A DNA stretch of 63,894 nt, filler included, from NCBI GenBank assembly GCA_964501035.1. It is 3 parts of 3 records of this genome, joined end to end, with 100 filler letters (N's around TTAATTAATTAA, not from the genome) between each part and the next. Parts side by side here need not be neighbours in the genome. Positions count along the whole stretch, not along the records: positions 24,235 to 48,268 come from CAZCRK010000018.1; 2 more parts are not named here. One strand, 5' to 3'. Shown piece after piece: positions 28,713 through 37,323 of this stretch (position 1 is the stretch's first letter; each line of letters opens with the position of its first letter). Both the position numbers and the translations under genes were made by a program. A model generated the notes under the pieces. The model saw only the letters and a list, made by a program, of their open reading frames with translations. It did not search any database and was not told where the DNA came from.

Positions 28713-29742
28713 TATTTTTCTCTTTGATAAATTTTTCTTTTTGGGTTTGGAAATATTCATATTGCGGGTTAATTTCTATTGCTTCATTGATAACGTCAAT
28801 AGCTTCATCAAAACGTTTTAACTTGAATAATACTTCCGCTTGAGTATCAAGTATATTTGCTTTGGTTTTTAAATCTTCTGTTAAATTTACTGCTTGGATT
28901 GCTATTTCTAAAGCATGTCCCAAATTTTTCTCAATTTCTGACATTCGCCACGCATATCCATTTAATACGGATGCATCATTGGGATATAATGTTATCAACT
29001 CAATTTGCAATTTTATTTCTTTATCAATATTGCTTGTAGATGCATAATGCCGAATTAACGTTTGAAATGCATCTTTCGTATAGGGTGAGTCAGGATATAA
29101 GGATGTATATTCTAACAATTTACTATCATTCCCTGTAACAAGAGATTGAACAGAAATCATATAGTGTGCTTTCAAAAATGATTCTCTAGATAAATCACCC
29201 AACTGTAACAATTCTTCGTAAAGTTTGACAGCATTAACAATATCCCCTTTGTTTTCATATTTTTCAGCTAATATTTCTAATGTTTCTGCGCTGTGATCGC
29301 CCATTTCGTACCGTTTTAAGACATCCTTAAACGTATTCTTGTTCGATGCTATTTCGTTTATTTTTTGAAGGTAATCAGCTGGCATCATATACCCAATGAC
29401 CCTATCAATCTCATTTTTTTGATTATCAATAAAGACTAAATGAGGAACTCCCGAGCATCCAAATTCTTGGAATAGAGCATTACCCAAAGAATCATTTGCG
29501 TTCAATTTAATACTGATAAAATGGTCTTGTGAAAATTGAATAACTGACTCATCTGAAAATGTATCGGCATCCAGCCGATCGCACCATGGTCAAGTATCCG
29601 TATAAAAATCTATAAGTAGTATTTTATCTCCTGCACTTGAAAGAGCTTCATCAAATGTACCAGAAAACCAAGGATACTCAACTTTTGAACACCCAATAAA
29701 CTGCAATACTACTAATACACCAATTATTAATAATTTCTTCAT
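28699..29742 (-). CDS. Thioredoxin-fold/TPR lipoprotein, probable selenoprotein (UPWC, TGA codon 51 at 29590-29592), 347 aa
   Basis: ATG at 29742 with lipobox FIGC; in-frame ...LLIDFYTDT-TGA-PWC-DRLDADTF... continues into the ORF at 29505; cis-Pro GVPHLVFID; TPR-like C-terminus. Confidence 0.85.
29563..29579 (-). promoter_or_regulatory. Bacterial SECIS-like hairpin
   Basis: mRNA: UGA-CCAUGGUGCG-AUCGGC-UGGAU-GCCGAU; perfect 6-bp stem starting 10 nt after UGA, with G in the loop. Confidence 0.7.
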
Positions 29743-29839
29743 AAGTTTCCTATTTTAAAGCCGTTAATTTACTAAAGATGTGGAACGTAACCAATTTGAA
29801 ATAAAAGGGAAATCTAAACTGAAAATCAGCATAAATTTA

Positions 29840-30646
29840 ATGATGGGATTAAAGATAAAATTAAAACAAATTTTACCTAGAGAACATGGCGCTTGGGCTA
29901 TGCTGTTTGTACCAATTTTAATTGGATTGTCGATTGTTGAATGGTCTCTGGATATTGGACTAATATGTTTTTTAATGATTTTATTATTTATTGCACATCA
30001 TCCCATAAATACATACATAAAACAAAAAATTAATCGGAAGAATAAACAATTATTAGTAATTGGGCTGTCGTTTTATTTACTAATCATTCTAGGTGGAGTT
30101 TATTTATTATTTAACTATCAATCTTTGCAATTTGTTTTGCTATGTTGCTTGGCGATGCTAACATTTGTCTTTCATTTGTTCTTGTCTTACAAGAAAAAGG
30201 AGTTAAGTACAGTAAACGAATTAATTGGAATTGTTGGACTAACTGTTTCAGCACCATTATTATATGTTATGAATGAAAATAGATTAGACTTTATTGCATA
30301 TTATGTTTGGGGAGTTAATTTTGTATATTTTGCATCCACTGTTTTTTACATTAAGCTACGTGTTAGATTATTGCCAAAGGTAAATCGTCAACTTAGTCTA
30401 TTTGATAAATTGATGTTAGGAAAATATTCTATACTCTCCTTAATTATCCCCATGTTGTTTTCTGGAATATTCTTAAATACAATAATCCTAATCCCTTTAA
30501 TACCACCTTTAATAAAAGTAATTATATGTTTAGTGAACTGGACTCCAAGTACAAAGCTAAACATAAAACATATTGGGTATTTAGAAATAGTTTTGTCAAT
30601 ATTGTTTCTAATATTGACACCACTAGTTATTCGAACTTTGCACTAA
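29840..30646 (+). CDS. YwiC-like membrane protein
   Basis: PREHGAWAML signature, multiple TM segments, IGYLE near C-terminus; start placed at ATG 29840. Confidence 0.8.
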   Translation: MMGLKIKLKQILPREHGAWAMLFVPILIGLSIVEWSLDIGLICFLMILLFIAHHPINTYIKQKINRKNKQLLVIGLSFYLLIILGGVYLLFNYQSLQFVLLCCLAMLTFVFHLFLSYKKKELSTVNELIGIVGLTVSAPLLYVMNENRLDFIAYYVWGVNFVYFASTVFYIKLRVRLLPKVNRQLSLFDKLMLGKYSILSLIIPMLFSGIFLNTIILIPLIPPLIKVIICLVNWTPSTKLNIKHIGYLEIVLSILFLILTPLVIRTLH

Positions 30647-30647
30647 T

Positions 30648-30674
30648 AAAAAAGGGAGCGATGCTCCCTTTTTT
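30648..30674. terminator. Bidirectional terminator between convergent ywiC-like and FKBP genes
   Basis: AAAAAAGGGAGC-GAT-GCTCCCTTTTTT. Confidence 0.9.
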
Positions 30675-30675
30675 A

Positions 30676-31503
30676 TTATTTTATATCTATTAATTCAACC
30701 TCAAATATAAGCGTGGCATTTGGTGGAATCAAACCTCCAGCGCCTCGTTCCCCGTAAGCAAGGTCTGATGGTATGATCAAAGTTCGTTTACTACCTATGT
30801 TCATGGTTGCAAGCGCTTGATCCCAACCTTTTATAACACGACCAGCTCCAATTGGAAAAGAAAAGGGTTGACCTCTATCATGTGAACTATCAAACCGTTT
30901 TCCACTTTCGAGCATTCCAGTATAATGAACAAATACAGTTTGCCCTTGTTTTGGGGTATCACCTTCTCCTTTTACATGTTCAATCATACGTAAACCGGAG
31001 TCTAACACAATTTCTTGACCTGGTAGTGAATAGTCAGTATCAACAAATGCAGCTTCAACACTAATAAGTTCTACTTCAAAAACAAGTGTTGCGTTTGGTG
31101 GAATTGTAGAACCTGCACCTCTTTCACCATATCCCAATTCAGATGGAATCACCAATGTTCGTTTTCCGCCTTTTTTCATGGTGGAAACACCTTCGTCCCA
31201 GCCTTTTATAACTTGACCTACGCCAATTGTAAATTGAAATGGCTGATTTCTATCTACAGAACTGTCAAATTTAGTGCCATCTTCTAGAGTTCCCGTGTAA
31301 TGTACCGTTACTCTATCACCAGTTTTGGGGTAATCCCCTGTTCCAATTACTTCATCTGTATATTTTAACCCAGAATCCGTTGTTTGTTCAACACCTACCA
31401 CAGTTTCCTCCACAATTTCTTTGTTAGCTTCATCATTAGTTGCGTCTGAGCATGACCAAAATAATGAAGATAATATTAATAGTTTTACTAAATTAGTTTT
31501 CAT
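30676..31503 (-). CDS. Lipoprotein with two FKBP-type peptidyl-prolyl isomerase domains
   Basis: Lipobox FWSC; twice VHYTG..FDSS.DR.QPF..VIKGWD..YGERGAG..IPPNATL.FEVELI. Confidence 0.95.
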   Translation of the reverse strand: MKTNLVKLLILSSLFWSCSDATNDEANKEIVEETVVGVEQTTDSGLKYTDEVIGTGDYPKTGDRVTVHYTGTLEDGTKFDSSVDRNQPFQFTIGVGQVIKGWDEGVSTMKKGGKRTLVIPSELGYGERGAGSTIPPNATLVFEVELISVEAAFVDTDYSLPGQEIVLDSGLRMIEHVKGEGDTPKQGQTVFVHYTGMLESGKRFDSSHDRGQPFSFPIGAGRVIKGWDQALATMNIGSKRTLIIPSDLAYGERGAGGLIPPNATLIFEVELIDIK

Positions 31504-31559
31504 ATTTCCTCTTATAAAATGACCGATAAGTTACGTGTATTGGGGTGGACTAAAAAATA

Positions 31560-32504
31560 TTATTCTGAAATAACAATATTCACTATTTCAACTATATCTA
31601 TCACATTCAATATTCCATCTTCATTTATATCAGCTCTATATTGTTGTTCTTCTGATAAAGTTGATGTATTTATTATATGATTTACTACCATTATTATATC
31701 AACCACATTTATATTATTATCACCACTTACGTCACCGATAAGGTAGTCTACAAAAAAATATGCTCGTTCTACTAATGTTGCATCTAGAATATAGGGATTT
31801 GGTTTATTTTCTTGATAGTTTGCAATCGCCCATGTTCTATCTATTTCTTCTTGTGTTGCAGGATCTTGAAGATGCCATTGGTATAATGTTTCTTTTTGTG
31901 TTTCAAAAAACTCATCATCCGCAACTGATTCATACATTGTATAAAAATAGAACATTGTACGAGCCATATCGCCTTTTTTTTCTTCTCTGGGTTCAAAATA
32001 TTGAGATGAACTTTCACTGTATTCATCAATGTTACTTGATGGGATATTACTATAATTGTAAGATTGCCAATACCAATGATCAGCATTTGAGTCTGTAATT
32101 TCCCCAAAAGGTTTATTTCCACGAGATGAATTCACATTTTCTTTACATGGCCGTAAATGGTGCATATCGCTTTTCATTGGGCTTGAACCAGAATACATGC
32201 TCTGAGGCCACACATGTTCACAGTTCATTCCATTTTCGTAGAGATAACTACTTGGGTCAACACCATCTGGAAGTTCTGTATAGTAATTAGTATAAATTCC
32301 ATACACCTTTCCGTCTATTTTATCTATTTCGCTATACAATATATCTCTAGCTGAGTTATATCCTAACGTGGAGCTTGTCTTATAATTATTATGTAAATAG
32401 TCAATCAACCCATCTTCAACCAAACCATCGCCAATGATAGTTTGTGAAAAAAGGAATGAAAGCAAATTGGTTAAAACCAATAGTATGAATGTTCTTTTCA
32501 ACAT
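31560..32504 (-). CDS. Secreted endonuclease I family nuclease with C-terminal dockerin-like domain
   Basis: NCEHVWPQS, SDMHHLRP, NSSRGN, KGDMAR..FY, Q..NPY; dockerin 31560-31736; GAGGA SD before MLKRT. Confidence 0.92.
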   Translation of the reverse strand: MLKRTFILLVLTNLLSFLFSQTIIGDGLVEDGLIDYLHNNYKTSSTLGYNSARDILYSEIDKIDGKVYGIYTNYYTELPDGVDPSSYLYENGMNCEHVWPQSMYSGSSPMKSDMHHLRPCKENVNSSRGNKPFGEITDSNADHWYWQSYNYSNIPSSNIDEYSESSSQYFEPREEKKGDMARTMFYFYTMYESVADDEFFETQKETLYQWHLQDPATQEEIDRTWAIANYQENKPNPYILDATLVERAYFFVDYLIGDVSGDNNINVVDIIMVVNHIINTSTLSEEQQYRADINEDGILNVIDIVEIVNIVISE

Positions 32505-32612
32505 TTCCTCAATCAATTATTATCAATATGGGACTAATAATAATGGCTGAGGACGGTATTACATGTGTTACTCTATGGGATAATTTACGAAAAAAATAAA
32601 TTATATCAATGG

Positions 32613-32646
32613 TTTGAAAAAGCCCCAATTATGGGGCTTTTTCAAA
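32613..32646 (-). terminator. Terminator at the end of the TonB receptor/PorV operon
   Basis: TTTGAAAAAGCCCCA-ATTA-TGGGGCTTTTTCAAA inverted repeat. Confidence 0.88.
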
Positions 32647-32672
32647 TAAGTAATTTATTTAACAATTAATAC

Positions 32673-35600
32673 TTATTTTAATAACACCATTTTCTTAGTT
32701 TCAGTGAAACTACCTGCATCAACTCTATAAAAATAGACTCCACTTGGAACTACATTTCCAGTGTTACTTTTACCGTTCCATTTGATATCATAAGAACCTG
32801 GAATGGCATCACCTCTGTATAAAGTTGCAACTTCCATCCCAAGCATATTGAATATTTTTAACTCAACATGTGATGCTTCTGGAACAGAAAAACTAATAGT
32901 TGTAGTTGGATTAAATGGATTAGGATAATTGTTGTTTAAAGAATAATCTGCTGGCTGAGCCAATTCGTCATTATCTAAAACACCTAAGTCAAACCATCCT
33001 AAAGACTGAGCAAGAGCACCTTCTTCTTTGGCACCCCACCAAACATAAGGGTCGCCATTTAATGAAAGTGGATCAAAACCAAGAAATACAGTTTTATTGC
33101 CATTAGCCCATTCCTTATTAACTCCTACGGCATTACCACTAACATCTGTAAATGACACACTTGCATCTGCTGTTGGCACAACACCATCTAACCAATTTGC
33201 AAATTCAATTTCATATTCAGGATCATAATATAGTATATCCGCTCCAATTGCTGTAAAGAGTTTGCCTGAAATAGCATCATCTTCAACCGGAAATAGTTGA
33301 GAAACACCACCACCAGCTAAATCGTTCAAGCTTGAAGCAACACCCATATTATTAAAAAACGAACCTTCAACAAAATCTTCATTTGACCAAGTAGTATTTA
33401 CAATACCAAATGTTTCATCACCGGCAAGCACGTAGTTTTTATTTCCAAGTGCTAACCAATCAGACAATACTCCATCATAATATCCTCCCAGAGAACCATA
33501 AAAAGGATAGTCAGCTGTTGTTGTTATTTCTATTACTGTATCATAAAATGCAAGTAAATCAGCTGTTGGAAGACCATTTACACCACTTTCCCAAAAATCG
33601 GGCCAGGTAAATAAATCTCCTGTTTCATAAGCATCGTAAAGATAATATAAGCCAGGATATCCGCCTGCTGACATTTCATTATTTAATACAAATAAAATAT
33701 CTGCTGAAGGTGCATATACAAAGTAGCTAAAATCAATTGTAACAAATGAACCACCTGCATCGGCTGCACTAATATAGTAATCTACAGTTGTTCCACCAAC
33801 TTGGCCTGGAATAGTAGCAGAGAAAGTACCATCTCCATTGTCTGCCATTGCAGTTGTAACAAAGTCACTGCCCTCAACTGAATAATATAAATCAACCGTA
33901 AATGCATCACCTTCTGCATCTGCTACAGTTGCAGTAATCACTTGATCGTCTTGTGAAAACATTGGACCATTAGGTCCATCTACAGAAAACACCACAGGTA
34001 CGCTTTCAACCCCAAACCAAACCATTGTATTTTCTAATATTTCATACAAAATCAAGTCATCATCTACACCTTCAAGATGCCAAGGAATAAATGCCATTTT
34101 GTAGTCACCCTCAAACATCACACCACCAGCATCTAATAAATCCTCATCTGTTGTGCTGTAAACATTAAAAATTGATTCAGAATCATCATCAGGGAATATC
34201 TCATCAGCCCAGTTTGAAGCTTCAGGTGAATGAACATAGAATGTATCAATGGCTCCAGAAATTAAATTATCTTCAATTCCAGTGTAAAGCGTATCATCAG
34301 AACCCCATTCAGCACCAAAATAATTAGCATCACTCCAATAATCTGCAGTATGTAGATAATTTGCTAAAAATGGAAATTCTGCTCCATCCGTTGTTGTCCA
34401 ACCATCCGCATCACCATCAATACCATAAATATAATCAGCTGAAGAAAATAACAAGTTTCCACCAGCATCCATAAATGCCATTACATCAGCTTCCAATTGT
34501 CCACCAACATCAAAATTACCCTGGCTGTTAAGACCTTGAATTACCACTAAATGGTCGTAATAGCCAAGCTCACAATCTGTTAATACACCTCCTAGTTTTG
34601 TATTCCAAAAATCAACAGAATATCCTAAATCGTAAAGGGCAGCTCCTATTCGTAATGCATAAGATGCATCTGTTGGATTGGGACCATCGTCTAAAACCAG
34701 TACATCAGCTCCAGCTGTATATTCATTAATAGTGAAAGTTTTTGGAGATAACGAAAGGTCAACTGTATGTTGTACTCCGCCATCTGGATTAGCATCTCCA
34801 TTATCCACTGCTGTCCACCAGTAATTTACTGTTGTACCAACATCTTGAAATGGAATTTCACCAGTGAATACATCATCTACACCTGTTCCAACAAGTTCGG
34901 TTGAAACAGTGCCTGCACCTGCATCATATGAGAATACTACACTTGTTAATGCTCCAGTAAAGGAAGCTGTTCCAACATCAACAATATTTGCAGTTGCATA
35001 ATAAGGTCCAGCATCACAAGAAGAATATACATCTGGTAAATCTTCAACCTCTGTTACAAATGGTGGAGGATCACCGTAATAATCAACCTTTGCATCGACA
35101 ACAAAGTTTAATCTTGGTACCCAGCACCCTTCATCACAGTAAGATGCACCTGTTGCATAATATTTAAAACCATGATTATATGTTGTTCCAGCACCACCAA
35201 CTCCAGCATAGTACAATAAATCTGCTTCATCACCACCAAAGTTACCTATAATTTGTATAGCAAAGTCGTTTGCTCCAACATCTATTGTCCCTGCTGGAAA
35301 ATCAAAATCAAGCAATACTGGGTATACATCAGATGAGGTTACTGAAAATGTTTGCTCATAAATTGTTGCACCCATAAAATCACCTGTGGTAGTATTATAA
35401 TATGAAAAATCAAACTCACCATTTGCAGGAACTCCTGTTGAAGTTGTCTCTACTACTTCTCTAACTGCAATGGTTACTTCAGTTCCAGTAAGTTCTGAAC
35501 CATCAAATATATAGAGTTGAACACCTTCAACAGTACATTCAGTATCTGGTCTATACCATACAGCAGCACTATCTCCCTCATTGAAAATAAAACCACCCAA

Positions 35601-35912
35601 TCCGTTACTCCCTTCCCCGTAGGAAATGGTAGATGCAAATCTAGATGATTCTAAGTTAACACTACCTTTCACTGGAACAGTTTCAGGATCATGTTCAAAA
35701 TTTTTGAACATTTGCTGAGTATTTTCGATTTTTCTAATAGATGCTGAAGGAGAATTCTCCTTAACAACTGCTTTCACTATTTTTATTGGGTTTTCAGTTG
35801 CTTGATACTGCCCTTTTTCCTCATCCACACTTTTCAGGATGGCCTCATATGCAAAGGCATATGAAAATATCATTGCAAATAGAACCCCTATTGTAACATT
35901 TCTCTTCATCAC
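32673..35912 (-). CDS. Large acidic secreted protein with T9SS type A/FlgD-like C-terminal domain
   Basis: Signal peptide; C-terminal NYPNPFNPTTTISF...WNG...SGVYFYRV...KKMVLLK; AGGAG SD. Confidence 0.85.
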   Translation of the reverse strand: MMKRNVTIGVLFAMIFSYAFAYEAILKSVDEEKGQYQATENPIKIVKAVVKENSPSASIRKIENTQQMFKNFEHDPETVPVKGSVNLESSRFASTISYGEGSNGLGGFIFNEGDSAAVWYRPDTECTVEGVQLYIFDGSELTGTEVTIAVREVVETTSTGVPANGEFDFSYYNTTTGDFMGATIYEQTFSVTSSDVYPVLLDFDFPAGTIDVGANDFAIQIIGNFGGDEADLLYYAGVGGAGTTYNHGFKYYATGASYCDEGCWVPRLNFVVDAKVDYYGDPPPFVTEVEDLPDVYSSCDAGPYYATANIVDVGTASFTGALTSVVFSYDAGAGTVSTELVGTGVDDVFTGEIPFQDVGTTVNYWWTAVDNGDANPDGGVQHTVDLSLSPKTFTINEYTAGADVLVLDDGPNPTDASYALRIGAALYDLGYSVDFWNTKLGGVLTDCELGYYDHLVVIQGLNSQGNFDVGGQLEADVMAFMDAGGNLLFSSADYIYGIDGDADGWTTTDGAEFPFLANYLHTADYWSDANYFGAEWGSDDTLYTGIEDNLISGAIDTFYVHSPEASNWADEIFPDDDSESIFNVYSTTDEDLLDAGGVMFEGDYKMAFIPWHLEGVDDDLILYEILENTMVWFGVESVPVVFSVDGPNGPMFSQDDQVITATVADAEGDAFTVDLYYSVEGSDFVTTAMADNGDGTFSATIPGQVGGTTVDYYISAADAGGSFVTIDFSYFVYAPSADILFVLNNEMSAGGYPGLYYLYDAYETGDLFTWPDFWESGVNGLPTADLLAFYDTVIEITTTADYPFYGSLGGYYDGVLSDWLALGNKNYVLAGDETFGIVNTTWSNEDFVEGSFFNNMGVASSLNDLAGGGVSQLFPVEDDAISGKLFTAIGADILYYDPEYEIEFANWLDGVVPTADASVSFTDVSGNAVGVNKEWANGNKTVFLGFDPLSLNGDPYVWWGAKEEGALAQSLGWFDLGVLDNDELAQPADYSLNNNYPNPFNPTTTISFSVPEASHVELKIFNMLGMEVATLYRGDAIPGSYDIKWNGKSNTGNVVPSGVYFYRVDAGSFTETKKMVLLK

Positions 35913-35946
35913 TCTTCTCCTTTATCTTGTTATTAATTAGATTTAC

Positions 35947-37323
35947 TTATGGTTCTGACAACAAACTATTAAGAAAATCTAAGTATTCTATATAATTATC
36001 AGTTGTTTGATAATTAATTGTGTAGCTACCATATTTATATGTTACTATATATTCTTCAGAAACAGCATCTTCATAAGGAAGATGAATATAATTATAATTA
36101 TAGGTTCCTGTTATATCATTTGGTTCAATAATATTTACATTTAAAACAGGTAAGGATGTCACAGGATCTAGTGGAGACCATACTTCTGAGTTTACATCTA
36201 TTAATTCTTCTATTTGTGTTGTATCGGAGAAAAAATAGCAACATAAATCACCAGCAAAATAGACACTGTCAGCGAGAGAAGTATCGGCTTGAACTCCCGA
36301 AGTATCTACTCTAAACCAATTAATCTCATTTAAAATATTTACTTTTGAAACAGATGTAACTTCATAAACACCATACTTTGTGGTTTCAAGAAGTAGGAAA
36401 TCCTGTGAAGGTGCTCCTGGTTGAGCGTGAGAAACTTTGAAGCTAATTAATGTATCAGTAATTGAAGAGGTGCTATTGTTTGAGTTAAATATAATATTAG
36501 TATCTTCATTTAAATAAAGAAACAAACTATCAATTACTGATTCAAATGATTCATTTTCATCTATAATATCAATTATTTTAACACAATTATTGTTTTGTAA
36601 CATAATTCCAGAAAGAGAACTAAACTCATCAAAAGTAAATGTACTTATATTAGAATTCATATCAATCCAAGGATTTAAAGTTTCAGTTTGATCTTCTAAT
36701 ATAAAATTGTTGTTTACCAAAACATTATCTCCATAAACAAACTCAACATGTTCTAATGATTCTTGAAAACGATGCAAATAAAAATAGGATTGAGAAAGCA
36801 TAATATGAAGTTCATCTGACGAAAATTCAGGATCATGATCTGTTGTATATTGAGAGTCATGTTGTAACGCACTCTCACCCATTTCTAATATTTCTAACAT
36901 CATTTCCAAAATATCATCTTCTGTAGGATTTTGCTCTGGGTCAGTTTCAACATCAAATCTTTTTGCATTTTTAATGATAAACAACCCAGCAAATCCATCA
37001 GCCAAAGATTCATTATCATCAAATTCTGCAGCAAGATTTAAAACCATATTAAATTCAATTTCGGCTTGATAATAATTTGTTAATCTAAGCTGAGACCATC
37101 CTTTTCCAATATACGCTTCTGTGTTTTGAGCATTTCTAGATGCTGCATCTTCAAATTTTTCAATTGCTAATGTATAATCTTTGTTTTGATAATCATTCCA
37201 ACCTTCTTCTATTAGCAAGTCAACAGTAGAATAATCATTAGGAATAGTTTGATTTTCATAATCAGAACAAGACCAAAAAATAATTATACTAATTAAAATT
37301 ATATAATTCCTGAATTTCTTCAT
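35947..37323 (-). CDS. Lipoprotein with N-terminal TPR repeats
   Basis: Lipobox FWSC; EEGW..Y..A..F..A...EAY.GKGW TPR pattern. Confidence 0.75.
   Translation of the reverse strand: MKKFRNYIILISIIIFWSCSDYENQTIPNDYSTVDLLIEEGWNDYQNKDYTLAIEKFEDAASRNAQNTEAYIGKGWSQLRLTNYYQAEIEFNMVLNLAAEFDDNESLADGFAGLFIIKNAKRFDVETDPEQNPTEDDILEMMLEILEMGESALQHDSQYTTDHDPEFSSDELHIMLSQSYFYLHRFQESLEHVEFVYGDNVLVNNNFILEDQTETLNPWIDMNSNISTFTFDEFSSLSGIMLQNNNCVKIIDIIDENESFESVIDSLFLYLNEDTNIIFNSNNSTSSITDTLISFKVSHAQPGAPSQDFLLLETTKYGVYEVTSVSKVNILNEINWFRVDTSGVQADTSLADSVYFAGDLCCYFFSDTTQIEELIDVNSEVWSPLDPVTSLPVLNVNIIEPNDITGTYNYNYIHLPYEDAVSEEYIVTYKYGSYTINYQTTDNYIEYLDFLNSLLSEP

Noticed and set aside
29590..29592. Genome-wide TGA reassignment (code 4 or 25) as the explanation for the in-frame TGA
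   Set aside because: TGA ends many genes at their expected C-termini (serB, plsY, asparaginase, secY, PorV) and Trp is encoded by TGG, including two codons after this TGA.
30676..31503. Internal DNA repeat in the FKBP gene as a mobile or repeat element
   Set aside because: Explained by the tandem FKBP domain duplication.
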